A DNA stretch of 64,000 nt, taken from assembly GCA_029775855.1 (NCBI GenBank), contig JARVJZ010000003.1, forward strand, positions 64,001 through 128,000. The letters run 5' to 3'. The first letter of the stretch is position 1. Every line of letters begins with the position of its first letter. This document shows positions 10,046 through 19,452 of this stretch, in pieces. The stretch is from Nitrososphaeria archaeon (GTDB lineage Archaea > Thermoproteota > Nitrososphaeria > Nitrososphaerales > JAAOZN01). Below the pieces are notes generated by a model, which saw only the letters and a program-made list of their open reading frames with translations, searched no databases and was not told the DNA's origin. The position numbers and the translations under genes are program-made.

Positions 10046-10837
10046 ATGGAGGTAATGAGCAAAACCCTAATTGAAGTTCGAAATCTAACTAAATTATACA
10101 ACGGCGGTTTAGGGAAACCAATAACCGCATTGCAAGACGTCAATTTTAGCGTGGCTAAGGAGGAGTTTTTTACTATAATAGGTCCTTCTGGTTGTGGAAA
10201 GTCAACATTGTTGAATTTGATAGCCGGTCTGGATAAACCCTCTTCAGGAGAGGTATTAGTGAACGGTGTAAAAATCAATAAACCAAATCCGCAGCTTATG
10301 GCTATAATGTTTCAAGAACACGCGCTTTACAATTGGAGAACAGTGCTACGTAACGTAGAATTTGGTTTGGAGATACGCGGTGTAAGTAAAGCTGAGCGTA
10401 GGACCAAAGCGCTCCATTATATTAGATTAGTTGGGTTGCAGGGATTTGAAGATAAATACCCTAATCAGCTTTCAGGAGGGATGAAGCAGAGAGCTGCATT
10501 AGCGAGGGCTTTAAGTCTTGAAACTGACATTCTTTTAATGGATGAACCTTTTGGCGCGTTAGATGAGCAGACTCGGCTTCTACTCGGTCTAGAACTTACA
10601 AGGATATGGCAAGAAACAAAGAAAACTATTATATTCGTTACACACAGTTTATCTGAAGCTGCCTTCCTTTCAGATAGAATACTTGTTATGTCGGCTCGGC
10701 CAGGTAGGGTCAAAAGAATTTACAATGTAGATATTAGAAGGCCGCGAGACCCGAACAGCGATGAAGTTAATCACATTAAGGCGTTGATCTGGAATGAAAT
10801 TAAGGATGAAGCTTTAAGTATGATGAAGGGAGGTTGA
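10046..10837 (+). CDS. ABC transporter ATP-binding protein, NitT/TauT family
   Basis: GPSGCGKS, LSGGMKQR, LLMDEPFGALD, FVTH, MSARPG. Confidence 0.95.
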   Translation: MEVMSKTLIEVRNLTKLYNGGLGKPITALQDVNFSVAKEEFFTIIGPSGCGKSTLLNLIAGLDKPSSGEVLVNGVKINKPNPQLMAIMFQEHALYNWRTVLRNVEFGLEIRGVSKAERRTKALHYIRLVGLQGFEDKYPNQLSGGMKQRAALARALSLETDILLMDEPFGALDEQTRLLLGLELTRIWQETKKTIIFVTHSLSEAAFLSDRILVMSARPGRVKRIYNVDIRRPRDPNSDEVNHIKALIWNEIKDEALSMMKGG

Positions 10838-10842
10838 ATTAG

Positions 10843-11589
10843 TTGCGATTTAAATTTAAAGTGTTAATCTTCCAGTTTTTTATACTATTTTTGATTATAT
10901 TAGTATGGGAACTGACGTCTGCCAACGTTTCTATCATCTTTCTGGCTCCTCCTACCCAAGTCTTTCCCTTATTATTTAATATCTGGTATTATGCTGATAT
11001 TCTGCCGCATATCTCGATTACTGGGTTTGAGATTCTTGTATCCTTCGGTTTAGCTACATCTACAGGCTTGTCAGTTGGCTTTATGCTAGGGACGTGGAAG
11101 CTTCTAAGAACTACTTACGAACCTCTACTTGCTGCTCTTTATGCTGTTCCTAGTGTAGTCTGGTATCCCCTGCTACTACTATTCTTAGGGCTTGATGTAG
11201 CTTCAAAAATAGCCTTTGCTTACATTTTATCCTTCTTCCCTATAGTTCTGAGTACAATACAGGGTGTTTCTCAAGTTGATGTTGTGTTGGTAAAAGCCGC
11301 ATATTCGATGGGGGCCAGCAAATTAACAACTTTTTACAAAGTTATCATACCTGCAGCTTTACCAATAATCTTAAGTGGTATTAGCACGGGTTTAGCACTT
11401 TGCGTAACGGGAGTAATTGTTGGAGAGATGCTTGGTGGAATAAGAGGGTTAGGAGTATTAATAGCTTCGGCTGCTACACGCTTTGAAACGGCGCGCTATT
11501 TTGTCCTCACGATACTCGTCATAATAATAGCGTTTGCAGTAAACTATTGTGGTAAGATCATAGAACGCTTAGGTGGTAGAGGAGCTTGA
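10843..11589 (+). CDS. ABC transporter permease, NitT/TauT family
   Basis: Multiple TM segments; EAA-like loop AAYSMGAS..KVIIPAALP. Confidence 0.9.
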   Translation: MRFKFKVLIFQFFILFLIILVWELTSANVSIIFLAPPTQVFPLLFNIWYYADILPHISITGFEILVSFGLATSTGLSVGFMLGTWKLLRTTYEPLLAALYAVPSVVWYPLLLLFLGLDVASKIAFAYILSFFPIVLSTIQGVSQVDVVLVKAAYSMGASKLTTFYKVIIPAALPIILSGISTGLALCVTGVIVGEMLGGIRGLGVLIASAATRFETARYFVLTILVIIIAFAVNYCGKIIERLGGRGA

Positions 11590-12329
11590 GAAAGATCGCT
11601 GTCTTTCTACAGATTGGTACTATTGCTGCTGTAATTGTTATATGGGAAGAAATAGTGGTGAAAGGCTTTGTCGACCCTCTTTTTCTGCCTCCCCCTTCTC
11701 AGGTTCTCTATTCTTTTGCAACTTTACCTGCTTTAATTGGGCTACCTTTTTATGAGACTCTCACTAAAACCTTGCTCTCATTCGCTGTGGGCTCTGGACT
11801 GGGTATCGCATTAGGAATTTTAATAGGAAGCGGTATCTTTCTACACGACGTGCTTTACCCCTATATCTTTGGTTTGTACTCAATACCTCGAATGATCTTT
11901 CTACCATTAATAGTTCTCTTCTTAGGGATAGGCTTCAATTCAACACTATTTTACGCTGTGTTACACACCGTTCTACCAGTAATAATAATTGTTATAGGTG
12001 GCGTTAGGGCAGTAGACAAGCGTCTCATTTTGTACGCTGTATCTGTTGGTGCGACTTTAACGCAAATTTACACAAAAGTAATAATACCAGCAGCACTCCC
12101 TTCTATAATAGCGGCGCTTAGATTAGGGATAATCTTTAGTCTACTAGGCGTGTTAATTGCTGAAATGTATTTATCCCTTAGTGGTATTGGTTTCCTAATG
12201 CAGAAGTTATCTTTTGCTTTTAGGTCCGCTGATCTCTTCGCTGTTACGATTTGTGTAGCGGTAATCGCGATAGTCATATCCGTTTTATTAGGGGAGTTTC
12301 AGAAAAAAATTGGGGAGCGGCAAATTTAA
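11586..12329 (+). CDS. ABC transporter permease, NitT/TauT family
   Basis: LPPPSQV, AVSVGAT..KVIIPAALPSI, multiple TM segments. Confidence 0.9.
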   Translation: MRKIAVFLQIGTIAAVIVIWEEIVVKGFVDPLFLPPPSQVLYSFATLPALIGLPFYETLTKTLLSFAVGSGLGIALGILIGSGIFLHDVLYPYIFGLYSIPRMIFLPLIVLFLGIGFNSTLFYAVLHTVLPVIIIVIGGVRAVDKRLILYAVSVGATLTQIYTKVIIPAALPSIIAALRLGIIFSLLGVLIAEMYLSLSGIGFLMQKLSFAFRSADLFAVTICVAVIAIVISVLLGEFQKKIGERQI

Positions 12330-13501
12330 CCGCCAACTACGGGGACAAAGCCTCTCAGGATATATTCTTCAACGGGTAGCGCTTGTTGTATGACCCCTCT
12401 TTTATGAAGGAAATCTCGCATGTTTTCTATTGCCTTTAGATCTATTCTACCGTCTGTTGATATCTTTGTTAATTCCATAGCTCTCTTAATAGCTTCAACT
12501 GGAGCCTCTGTCTTTTTAGCTATTATTTGAGCCGATTCGTCGGGATATATCCGGATGTAGCGCCACGCTTCCATATAAGCAGCGATTAACTCTTTGATGG
12601 CCTCAGGATTCTTACTTGCGAAATCCTTTGTGGTTAATATAGGTTGATCCTGCCAGCTTCCTGGTACAATCTCATCAAATGTTAAGAGTACTTTTCCAAC
12701 ACCTAATGTCTCAGCAACGGCACCGAAGTCGCCCCACACAAAGGCCGCTATTTCGCCCCTTCTCATGGCGGCTATCTGCGCGTCAAATCCTCCTAGAGCT
12801 ACAACCTTAACATCTTTGTCTACTTGCCAGCCCATTTTCTCTGCTAAAGCATTAGCAAGATGCCAAGTGAATGCACCAATAGCTGTAACTCCTATGACCT
12901 TCCCCTGTAAGTCCTCTAGTTTATTTATATCTTTGCTTACGACGAGCGTCATATGGATGCCATCATTACAGTTACCTACTACCCTTATATCTACACCTTT
13001 ATCTTTAAGGACATAGAGGTCGGTTACGCCGGTAGCCAATAGATCTATCTCGCCTGCTGCAAGAGCTGTACCGCCTCTTGGTCCACCTGGGAATGGTATG
13101 AACTCTACGTCTAACCCGTGCTTAGCAAAGAAGTTCTTTTCCAACGCTACAGCTATGGGGCCGACCATTCCATAGTCACCAAGTACTGCAGTTCCTATTC
13201 GAAGTTTCACCATCTTCAGCGGAGCAGCCGTTACTGTTGTGGTTTGTGTAACTGTTGTTGTTATGGGCACGGTAGTTGTCTGTGTAATGGTGATAGGTGA
13301 CGTAACGGTTTGTGTTAACGTGACTGTAGCAGCAGCTACAGTAGTTGTAAGCGTTTGTGTAGTTGTAACGGTTAAAGTTGTTGTTTCGGGAGAAACTGTT
13401 GACGAACCAGCGAAATAGCCTGCTGCTACACCAATGATGAGAAGCACCACAGCCAAGCCAATAGTTATAACTGTACTAATACCAATTGAATGTTTTGACA
13501 T
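12326..13501 (-). CDS. ABC substrate-binding protein (NMT1/SsuA-like) with N-terminal anchor and Thr-rich linker
   Basis: N-terminal TM, TTTLTVTTTQT... linker, FFAKHGLDVEF, ALAAGEID, DLQGKVIGV. Confidence 0.88.
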   Translation of the reverse strand: MSKHSIGISTVITIGLAVVLLIIGVAAGYFAGSSTVSPETTTLTVTTTQTLTTTVAAATVTLTQTVTSPITITQTTTVPITTTVTQTTTVTAAPLKMVKLRIGTAVLGDYGMVGPIAVALEKNFFAKHGLDVEFIPFPGGPRGGTALAAGEIDLLATGVTDLYVLKDKGVDIRVVGNCNDGIHMTLVVSKDINKLEDLQGKVIGVTAIGAFTWHLANALAEKMGWQVDKDVKVVALGGFDAQIAAMRRGEIAAFVWGDFGAVAETLGVGKVLLTFDEIVPGSWQDQPILTTKDFASKNPEAIKELIAAYMEAWRYIRIYPDESAQIIAKKTEAPVEAIKRAMELTKISTDGRIDLKAIENMRDFLHKRGVIQQALPVEEYILRGFVPVVGG

Positions 13502-13965
13502 ACCTTTCTATTTGTTTAAGCGATATTTAAACTTATCGAACTCATCCTAAAATATGTTAAATAAAATTTTTTATTTTGCAACAATTTTTGGATTTGGTAA
13601 TTTTACTTTTAGCAGTGTGATTTCCTTAGCTCTTTTCTTTGGTGGATTGGGTAAATTAGTGTAGGATGAAGACGCTCTTACTATACAAACTTGATTAGGA
13701 TTACTAACTATTCTCTCAAATAGATGTTCCAAGTAAAAAGCAATTAAGAAATAATTAAGCAAAGTGGCAAAGGATGATAAAAGCTAATCCCTTTAAGAGT
13801 TACAACTACAATCTTATAGCTTACCTATCTTATTCAATATCGCCTGCTTATGCACGTTAAGCTCATGTTCGTGAACCTTTCCTCTTTATAACACTCTCTT
13901 TTTTAAAAAGCCAATTACGTCCACATATAAAACAGTAGACTTCAAACTAACCGCCCTAATCATAG

Positions 13966-14039
13966 AGCCCCAAGCGGGATTTGTACCCGCGATCTCCTGC
14001 TTACGAGGCAGGCGCTTTGCTGGGCTAAGCTGCCGGGGC
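13966..14039 (-). tRNA. tRNA-Thr(CGT), non-canonical or pseudo
   Basis: Reverse complement GCCCCGG CA GCTT AGCCCAGCA AAGC G CCTGC CT CGT AA GCAGG AGATC GCGGG TACAAAT CCCGC TTGGGGC T folds as a full cloverleaf, but has C8, A18 and A55. Confidence 0.8.
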
Positions 14040-14076
14040 TCATAAAGGGTTGATTCAGCTGATACCTAAATCTTTT

Positions 14077-14310
14077 TCACCCGGGCTCTTTGAGTGTAAG
14101 CATTATTAAGGTTCCCGCTATACAGACCAGTGCTGCTGTTATGGAAGCTGTGTGGAAGGTGTAGGCTTCTATGATCGCTCCTGAGATCGGTGGGACGAAC
14201 GCAGCCCAAGTGACGTTTGCTGCGAAGAAGATTGCATACGCTGTGCCCCTCATTCTCTCCGGCACAAGTTTGGCTAGGTAGGTTTTCCTGCAGGTATCTG
14301 GACTAAAGCG
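14077..14310 (-). pseudogene. C-terminal fragment of an MFS transporter
   Basis: DTCRKTYLAKLVPERMRGTAYAIFF...PPISGAII...LKEP is an MFS TM10-12 pattern; an in-frame stop lies just upstream. Confidence 0.65.
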
Positions 14311-14428
14311 TTATTCGATGATGAAGACGCTATCTTATACATAGTTGACCACAATAAAAGGGACTGCTGGGTGCTTGAGAAGGTTCAAAGCTTGAACCCT
14401 ATTAAACAGCTGTTAGGAGGTCGATATA

Positions 14429-15448
14429 ATGGTTAAAGATGATGAAGAAGTTGAGGTTGTTGAGACACCTGGTCTTCTTCTTCCGCATATATTATTTGAG
14501 GAGATTGAGGGGGTTCGTTTCGCTTATATGCGTAAAGACGGTTCAATGGGTGAAGACATTGAAGTGTGGTATGGTGATGTTAAATATCTACCTCTTAAAT
14601 ATGTGCCTTGGTTTCTTCCACCTAATCGAATAGAGTATAAACGCTACAAAGATCTATGGGGTGAAGTAAGACTATTTATCTACATGCATTGGGATTACCC
14701 GATTGAGGAGGCATATTCAGTTTTCACCTCGTGGATCATGGCGACTTTAGGTGCCTGAGCTTTGGTTGGTTGCGCCAAATATTTTCTTCTTTGGTCCAGA
14801 GGATTTAGGTAAAACGCGTGGTTTAGAGATTATTCAAGCGTTGGGTTACAGAGGCTGGATAGTGCCGAGTATAACCGCTGCAACAATATTTAGATGCGAC
14901 AAAGAATTAAGACCAACATTCTGCCTAGATGAAGTTGAGTATCTCTCAACACGCGATAAGGTGGAGATAATTGGTTTACTTAACTCGCGATACCTTATGA
15001 GTAAACCTCAGCTAACAACATTATGTAAACAAATAGAGCAGCGAGGTGTGAGCAAAAGATATTCAATTCACATCTATAGCTGGAAGAAACATGGGTTCAC
15101 AAAAATAGCCGACACATTAGGAGAGCTAGCTGCACACGCCATAGCGGGGCATAAAGCCTACCTCATCACATACTATAAGAAGAGCAGAGACGATAGGGCT
15201 AAAGACTACAGGAAGGTCGCCCCGAAGCTACAGCTATTCCAAGGAGAAGACAAAGAGGCTGAGAAGCTCAAACATGAGCTCGCGGAGACCGTAGAGGGGC
15301 TACCGAAAGAGAGGCTGGCAGAGATCCTAAGGATCGCCAAACGCCAACTCAAAAGGTAGTCTCTTCAGAGGAAGCTGAACAATTTATCAACAGCGGATGG
15401 CGTTTCATAGGCGTCTTACCGAGCGGAAAGGTAGTTTTATCATTATAA
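14429..15448 (+). mobile_element. decayed integrative element relic: frameshifted replication ATPase fused to tyrosine integrase fragments
   Basis: 14429-14758 and 14751-~15000 encode a split P-loop protein (GPEDLGKTRGLE, TAATIFR, PTFCLDEVE, LLNSRY). It runs into an integrase C-terminus (HIYSWKK...AGHKAYLITYY). A different frame at 15350-15448 gives QKVVSSEEAEQFINSGWRFIGVLPSGKVVLSL. Confidence 0.65.
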
Positions 15449-15652
15449 CTAGGAAAAACTTGGTATAAAGACAATTATAGATAGGAAGCGTAAAGTGATA
15501 GGTTAGCAAAAAGTTTTCTCTACAAGCTCTTTCAAAGAACTTTCTGACCAAGTCTTAGCAACATTATTGAAAAAGATGTGGTCAAAGCATAATACTACTC
15601 ATTAATATTTATACGATAAGCTTAAATTAGGAAAACTTAAGCCTAACACTCA

Positions 15653-17707
15653 GTGAGAAGAATGTCAAGCGGTGTAGAAGCCTACAAAGAATTTTTCGAG
15701 ACGAATATAATCCCCCCAAGCTGGAAGGACAGAAGCTGGAGTAAGGAAGATTTTAGGAAGTTCCATCAGAGTACAGTAGAGAGTAAGAAAGCTTTAGAAG
15801 AGTGGTGGGTTAAATGGGCAAATGAGCTCTTCTGGTTTAAAAAATGGGATAAGGTGCTAGATGACAGCAACCCACCTTTCTATAGATGGTTTGTAGGTGG
15901 CGAGATTAATTTAGCGTATTTGGATACAGATTGGCAGATTGAGAAAGGTCGAAAGAATAAAGTTGCGCTAATCTGGGAAGGTGAACCATGGGACGAAACT
16001 TTAAAGCAGCCCAAAGAAGTTAAAAAGTTCACATACTATGACTTGTATAGGGAATCAAATGTCATAAGCTATGCGTTAAAAGAGAAACTCGGCGTCAAAA
16101 AAGGGGACATCTTAACATTCTACTTACCTATGATACCTGAACTACCATTTTACATGCTTGCAGTCCAAAGACTTGGCGTAGGACACAGCATAGTCTTCAG
16201 CGGCTTCAGCGCAGAAGCCTTAGCAGCAAGAATTTTAGATAGCGGCTCAAAGATCATTGTCACTGCAGACGGCTTTTACAGAAGGGGAAAGGTTGTAAGC
16301 CTTAAACCTATAGTAGAAGAGGCTCTTAAGATCTGTGAGAAGAACGGTCTAACGATTCAGAAGGTTATAGTAGTTAAACGCGCTGGAATTGATATACCTT
16401 GGAATAGCGAAAGAGATGTATGGCATCACGAGTTAATCTCAGGAATACCCCCAACTGTTAAGGTGCCTGCTGAAAGGTGCACAGAATCAATAATCTCTCA
16501 CATTCTCTATACATCGGGAACAACTGGTACACCTAAAGCGGTTCAACGCTCAGCGGGAGGTTATGCGGTGGGCTTATATGCTACTATGAAGATGATTTTT
16601 GACGCCAAAGACGATGACATCTTTTGGTGTACAGCGGATGTCGGCTGGATAACTGGGCATTCATATGTAGTTTATGGACCGCTGCTCGTTGGCTTAACAA
16701 CGGTTATGTACGAGGGTTCGCCGGATTACCCGGAGCCAGATAGATGGTGGAGCATCATCGAAAGATATGGAGTAACTATCTTTTACACAGCCCCAACCGC
16801 CATCAGAATGTTGATGAGGTTCCCAGAAGACCTTATCAGAAGGCATGATCTTTCAACACTAAGGGTGGTGCATACCGTTGGAGAGCCCATAAATCCAGAA
16901 GCGTTCAATTGGTACTACAAGAACATCGGTAGAGAGGATGTTGTGGCTTCAAGCACTTGGTGGATGACTGAGACTGGACACATAATAACTGGGCACTTCC
17001 CCGGCTTAGGTAAGTTATTCCCACTTAAACCAGGGACTAACGGCTATGCTCTACCTGGAGTCACATTAGAAGTTGTGGATGACGATGGGAATCCGTGCCC
17101 ACCTGGAGTCAGAGGGTACTTTGTGATAACTTCACCTTGGCCTGGGATGCTTGAGACACTCTACAAGAACCCTCAGAGGTATATTGATGCCTACTGGTCT
17201 AGGTTTAAAGGTAAGATGTACTTCTATACTGGAGACTTTGCTGTTAAGGATCAAGATGGGTATGTGTGGGTGCTTGGGCGTGCTGACGATGTGTTAAAAG
17301 TTGCTGGGCATAGGATTGGAACCGCCGAGATAGAGTCTGCTCTAATTAGACATCCGGCTGTGGCCGAGTCTGCCTGCGTCGGTAAGACCGACCCAATTAA
17401 AGGGCAAGTGCCAGTAGTCTTTACTGTGCTCAAGAAGGGTTTTAAACCGAGTCCTGAAGTTGAGGCTGAAATAAGGAAGTATCTTAGGGCTACTATTGGG
17501 CCTATTGTCGCATCAGATGTGATAATAACCTTCGTCGACTCGGTGCCTAAGACAAGGAGCGGTAAGATAATGCGGAGGCTGCTAAGGGCGGTTGTTGAAG
17601 GTGCTACACTTGGAGATATCACAACCTTAGAAGACGGTGTTGCTGTAGAAGAAGCGATTAAAGCCTACGAAGCGATTAAAACAGCAATCGGTGAAAAGAA
17701 AGGTTAA
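15653..17707 (+). CDS. acs: acetyl-CoA synthetase (AMP-forming)
   Basis: WFVGGEINL, YTSGTTGTPK, WCTADVGWITGHSY, TWWMTETG, GRADDVLKVAGHRIGTAEIESAL, PKTRSGKIMRR. Confidence 0.95.
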   Translation: MRRMSSGVEAYKEFFETNIIPPSWKDRSWSKEDFRKFHQSTVESKKALEEWWVKWANELFWFKKWDKVLDDSNPPFYRWFVGGEINLAYLDTDWQIEKGRKNKVALIWEGEPWDETLKQPKEVKKFTYYDLYRESNVISYALKEKLGVKKGDILTFYLPMIPELPFYMLAVQRLGVGHSIVFSGFSAEALAARILDSGSKIIVTADGFYRRGKVVSLKPIVEEALKICEKNGLTIQKVIVVKRAGIDIPWNSERDVWHHELISGIPPTVKVPAERCTESIISHILYTSGTTGTPKAVQRSAGGYAVGLYATMKMIFDAKDDDIFWCTADVGWITGHSYVVYGPLLVGLTTVMYEGSPDYPEPDRWWSIIERYGVTIFYTAPTAIRMLMRFPEDLIRRHDLSTLRVVHTVGEPINPEAFNWYYKNIGREDVVASSTWWMTETGHIITGHFPGLGKLFPLKPGTNGYALPGVTLEVVDDDGNPCPPGVRGYFVITSPWPGMLETLYKNPQRYIDAYWSRFKGKMYFYTGDFAVKDQDGYVWVLGRADDVLKVAGHRIGTAEIESALIRHPAVAESACVGKTDPIKGQVPVVFTVLKKGFKPSPEVEAEIRKYLRATIGPIVASDVIITFVDSVPKTRSGKIMRRLLRAVVEGATLGDITTLEDGVAVEEAIKAYEAIKTAIGEKKG

Positions 17708-17721
17708 CATCGAAGCCAGAT

Positions 17722-17753
17722 GGCGATGAGGCACAGCGCCTCGCCGCACTTTT
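17722..17753 (+). terminator. GC-rich hairpin followed by a T tract after acs
   Basis: GGC(GAT)GAGGC-ACAGC-GCCTC-GCC then GCACTTTT, starting 15 nt after the acs stop. Confidence 0.4.
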
Positions 17754-17795
17754 ATGCATAAGGTATTTTTAGTAGCGCTTATCATATGCTTTGTG

Positions 17796-18224
17796 ATGAA
17801 GCAGCCCAATCTTATATTTATAGGGTATGTTGAAAAAGTTGAGGGTAATGCATCCTATATTAAGGTGAGGTCTGAGTTCTGCGAGGGGTTGGATAAGCTC
17901 GATAATTTTTCGCATGTTATCATCTTAGGTTGGTTCCATCTTAAGGATACGCCGAAGGATAGACAGACCTTACGGGTTGTGCCTAAAAGGCATCCTGGTG
18001 CGCCTGAGGTTGGTGTATTTGCGTCGAGAAGCCCTAGCAGACCTAATCCTTTGGGTTTATCTGTTGTCGAGCTTATTGGTATAGAGGGTTGTACTATAGT
18101 GGTTAAGGGGTTGGATTTTGTAGAGGATACACCTATTGTAGATATTAAGCCGTATTTGCCGAGGGCTGATTGTGTAGTAGGAGCTAAGGCGCCTGAGTGG
18201 ACTTCGGTAGGTCCTCCTACTTAG
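17796..18224 (+). CDS. trmO: tRNA (t6A37)-N6-methyltransferase TrmO/TsaA family
   Basis: GVFASRSPSRPNPLGLS, TPIVDIKPY; the start is probably ATG 17796 rather than 17754. Confidence 0.9.
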   Translation: MKQPNLIFIGYVEKVEGNASYIKVRSEFCEGLDKLDNFSHVIILGWFHLKDTPKDRQTLRVVPKRHPGAPEVGVFASRSPSRPNPLGLSVVELIGIEGCTIVVKGLDFVEDTPIVDIKPYLPRADCVVGAKAPEWTSVGPPT

Positions 18225-18274
18225 GGTATAGTAAACTATATTGGCTTCCTCTAGGTTATGATGTTGGGTCTAGA

Positions 18275-19024
18275 ATGAATGAAGCGATGAAGATTATAGA
18301 GAAAGATGGTGTGAGGTTTGAGAATCCGGTTGTTGTTGAGGGGCTGCCTGACATAGGTTTGGTGGGTGCTATAGCTGCGTCGCATATCGTTGAGACACTC
18401 GGGTTATATGAGGTGGCGCATTTTGAGTCGGATCTTTTTCCGCCGATTATGGTTATGCATCGAGGCGTGTTGACAGACCCTGTTAGAATTCTTGGTAATG
18501 AGAAAATTCTGGTGGTCACTTCTGAGATAGCTATACCACCTTCAGCCATATACCCTTTAGCAAGTGTCTTAGTTGATTGGTTAAGTAGTAAAGGTGCGAA
18601 GCTCGTGTTCTCGCTCACCGGCTTCCCGGAGCAGAATAGGTTGGAGGTAGATAAACCGATGGTGTTTGGTGTGGGAAACATCAGTCAAGCAGTAGATCTG
18701 CTTAAAGAGTATAAGGTTGAGACGATGGAGGAAGGTTTCATAGCGGGCATCTACGCGCTCATAATGAAGTATTGCATGATTAAGAAGATACCGGCAATAA
18801 CGCTGATGGCGCAATCATTTCCTAACTACCCCGACCCTGGTGCGGCTGCTTCTGTTCTTCAAGTGTTAAATAAGATGATTGGGTTGAATATTTCGGTTGA
18901 CCAGCTTCTAGAGAAGGCTGATGAGATAAAGATTAAAGGGAGAGACCTAATGAAGCAGACTAGGAGCTCTATGGAGCGTATTGGAAAGGTTAGTGAACAA
19001 GAGATACCTTTGATGTATAGGTAG
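18275..19024 (+). CDS. proteasome assembly chaperone PAC2 family (PbaB-like, ends in HbYX)
   Basis: EGLPDIGLVGAIA, YPDPGAAA, C-terminal MYR; the start is probably ATG 18275. Confidence 0.88.
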   Translation: MNEAMKIIEKDGVRFENPVVVEGLPDIGLVGAIAASHIVETLGLYEVAHFESDLFPPIMVMHRGVLTDPVRILGNEKILVVTSEIAIPPSAIYPLASVLVDWLSSKGAKLVFSLTGFPEQNRLEVDKPMVFGVGNISQAVDLLKEYKVETMEEGFIAGIYALIMKYCMIKKIPAITLMAQSFPNYPDPGAAASVLQVLNKMIGLNISVDQLLEKADEIKIKGRDLMKQTRSSMERIGKVSEQEIPLMYR

Positions 19025-19035
19025 GTGGCTGACGA

Positions 19036-19452
19036 ATGTCTGACCCTAAAGATATATGGGGGAGGCTTGAGGATCTACTTAATGAGGTTGAGGGCTATTT
19101 GGTTAGATCATCTTGGAGCGCTTCAGATCGATGCCTCGAGCCTCTAGTTGAAATTGAGAACCGAGAGAACGAGATCGTAGTAACAGTAGACCTTCCTTGT
19201 GTTGAAAAGAAGGAGGATATAAGCCTCGAGGTCTCTGAAGACTTGCTTGAAATTAAGGCTATGTTGAAACAGGCTATGAGGTGGGAGAGGTGGGGGATGG
19301 TGCAGAAGAATATTGAGTTTACATCCTTTAAGAAGATAGTTTCTCTTCCTGAGAAGGTTAAACCTGAGGAAGCGACAGCTGTTTTTAAACGCGGGGTGCT
19401 GAAGATAAGATTGCCGAAGGCTTATCGAAAGTTCACTTTAAAGGTCTCTTAG
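19036..19452 (+). CDS. small heat shock protein Hsp20
   Basis: PLVEI..VTVDLP.V.KEDI, LPEKV..ATAVFKRGVLKIRLPK alpha-crystallin signature. Confidence 0.9.
   Translation: MSDPKDIWGRLEDLLNEVEGYLVRSSWSASDRCLEPLVEIENRENEIVVTVDLPCVEKKEDISLEVSEDLLEIKAMLKQAMRWERWGMVQKNIEFTSFKKIVSLPEKVKPEEATAVFKRGVLKIRLPKAYRKFTLKVS

Noticed and set aside
13240-13400. Quasi-repetitive GTT/GTA/TGT tract
   Set aside because: It encodes the Thr/Val-rich linker of the binding protein; there are no identical repeats with spacers, so it is not a CRISPR array.
13571-13762. 63-aa minus-strand ORF and a hydrophobic plus-strand frame (FYFATIFGFGNFTFSSVISLALFFGG)
   Set aside because: AT-rich debris; possibly another transporter remnant, but too short to support a call.
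17722-17760. GGCGATGAGGC resembles the start of a fluoride (crcB) riboswitch
   Set aside because: The downstream CUGAUG/pseudoknot segment is absent and no fluoride-related gene follows; a simple hairpin terminator explains it.
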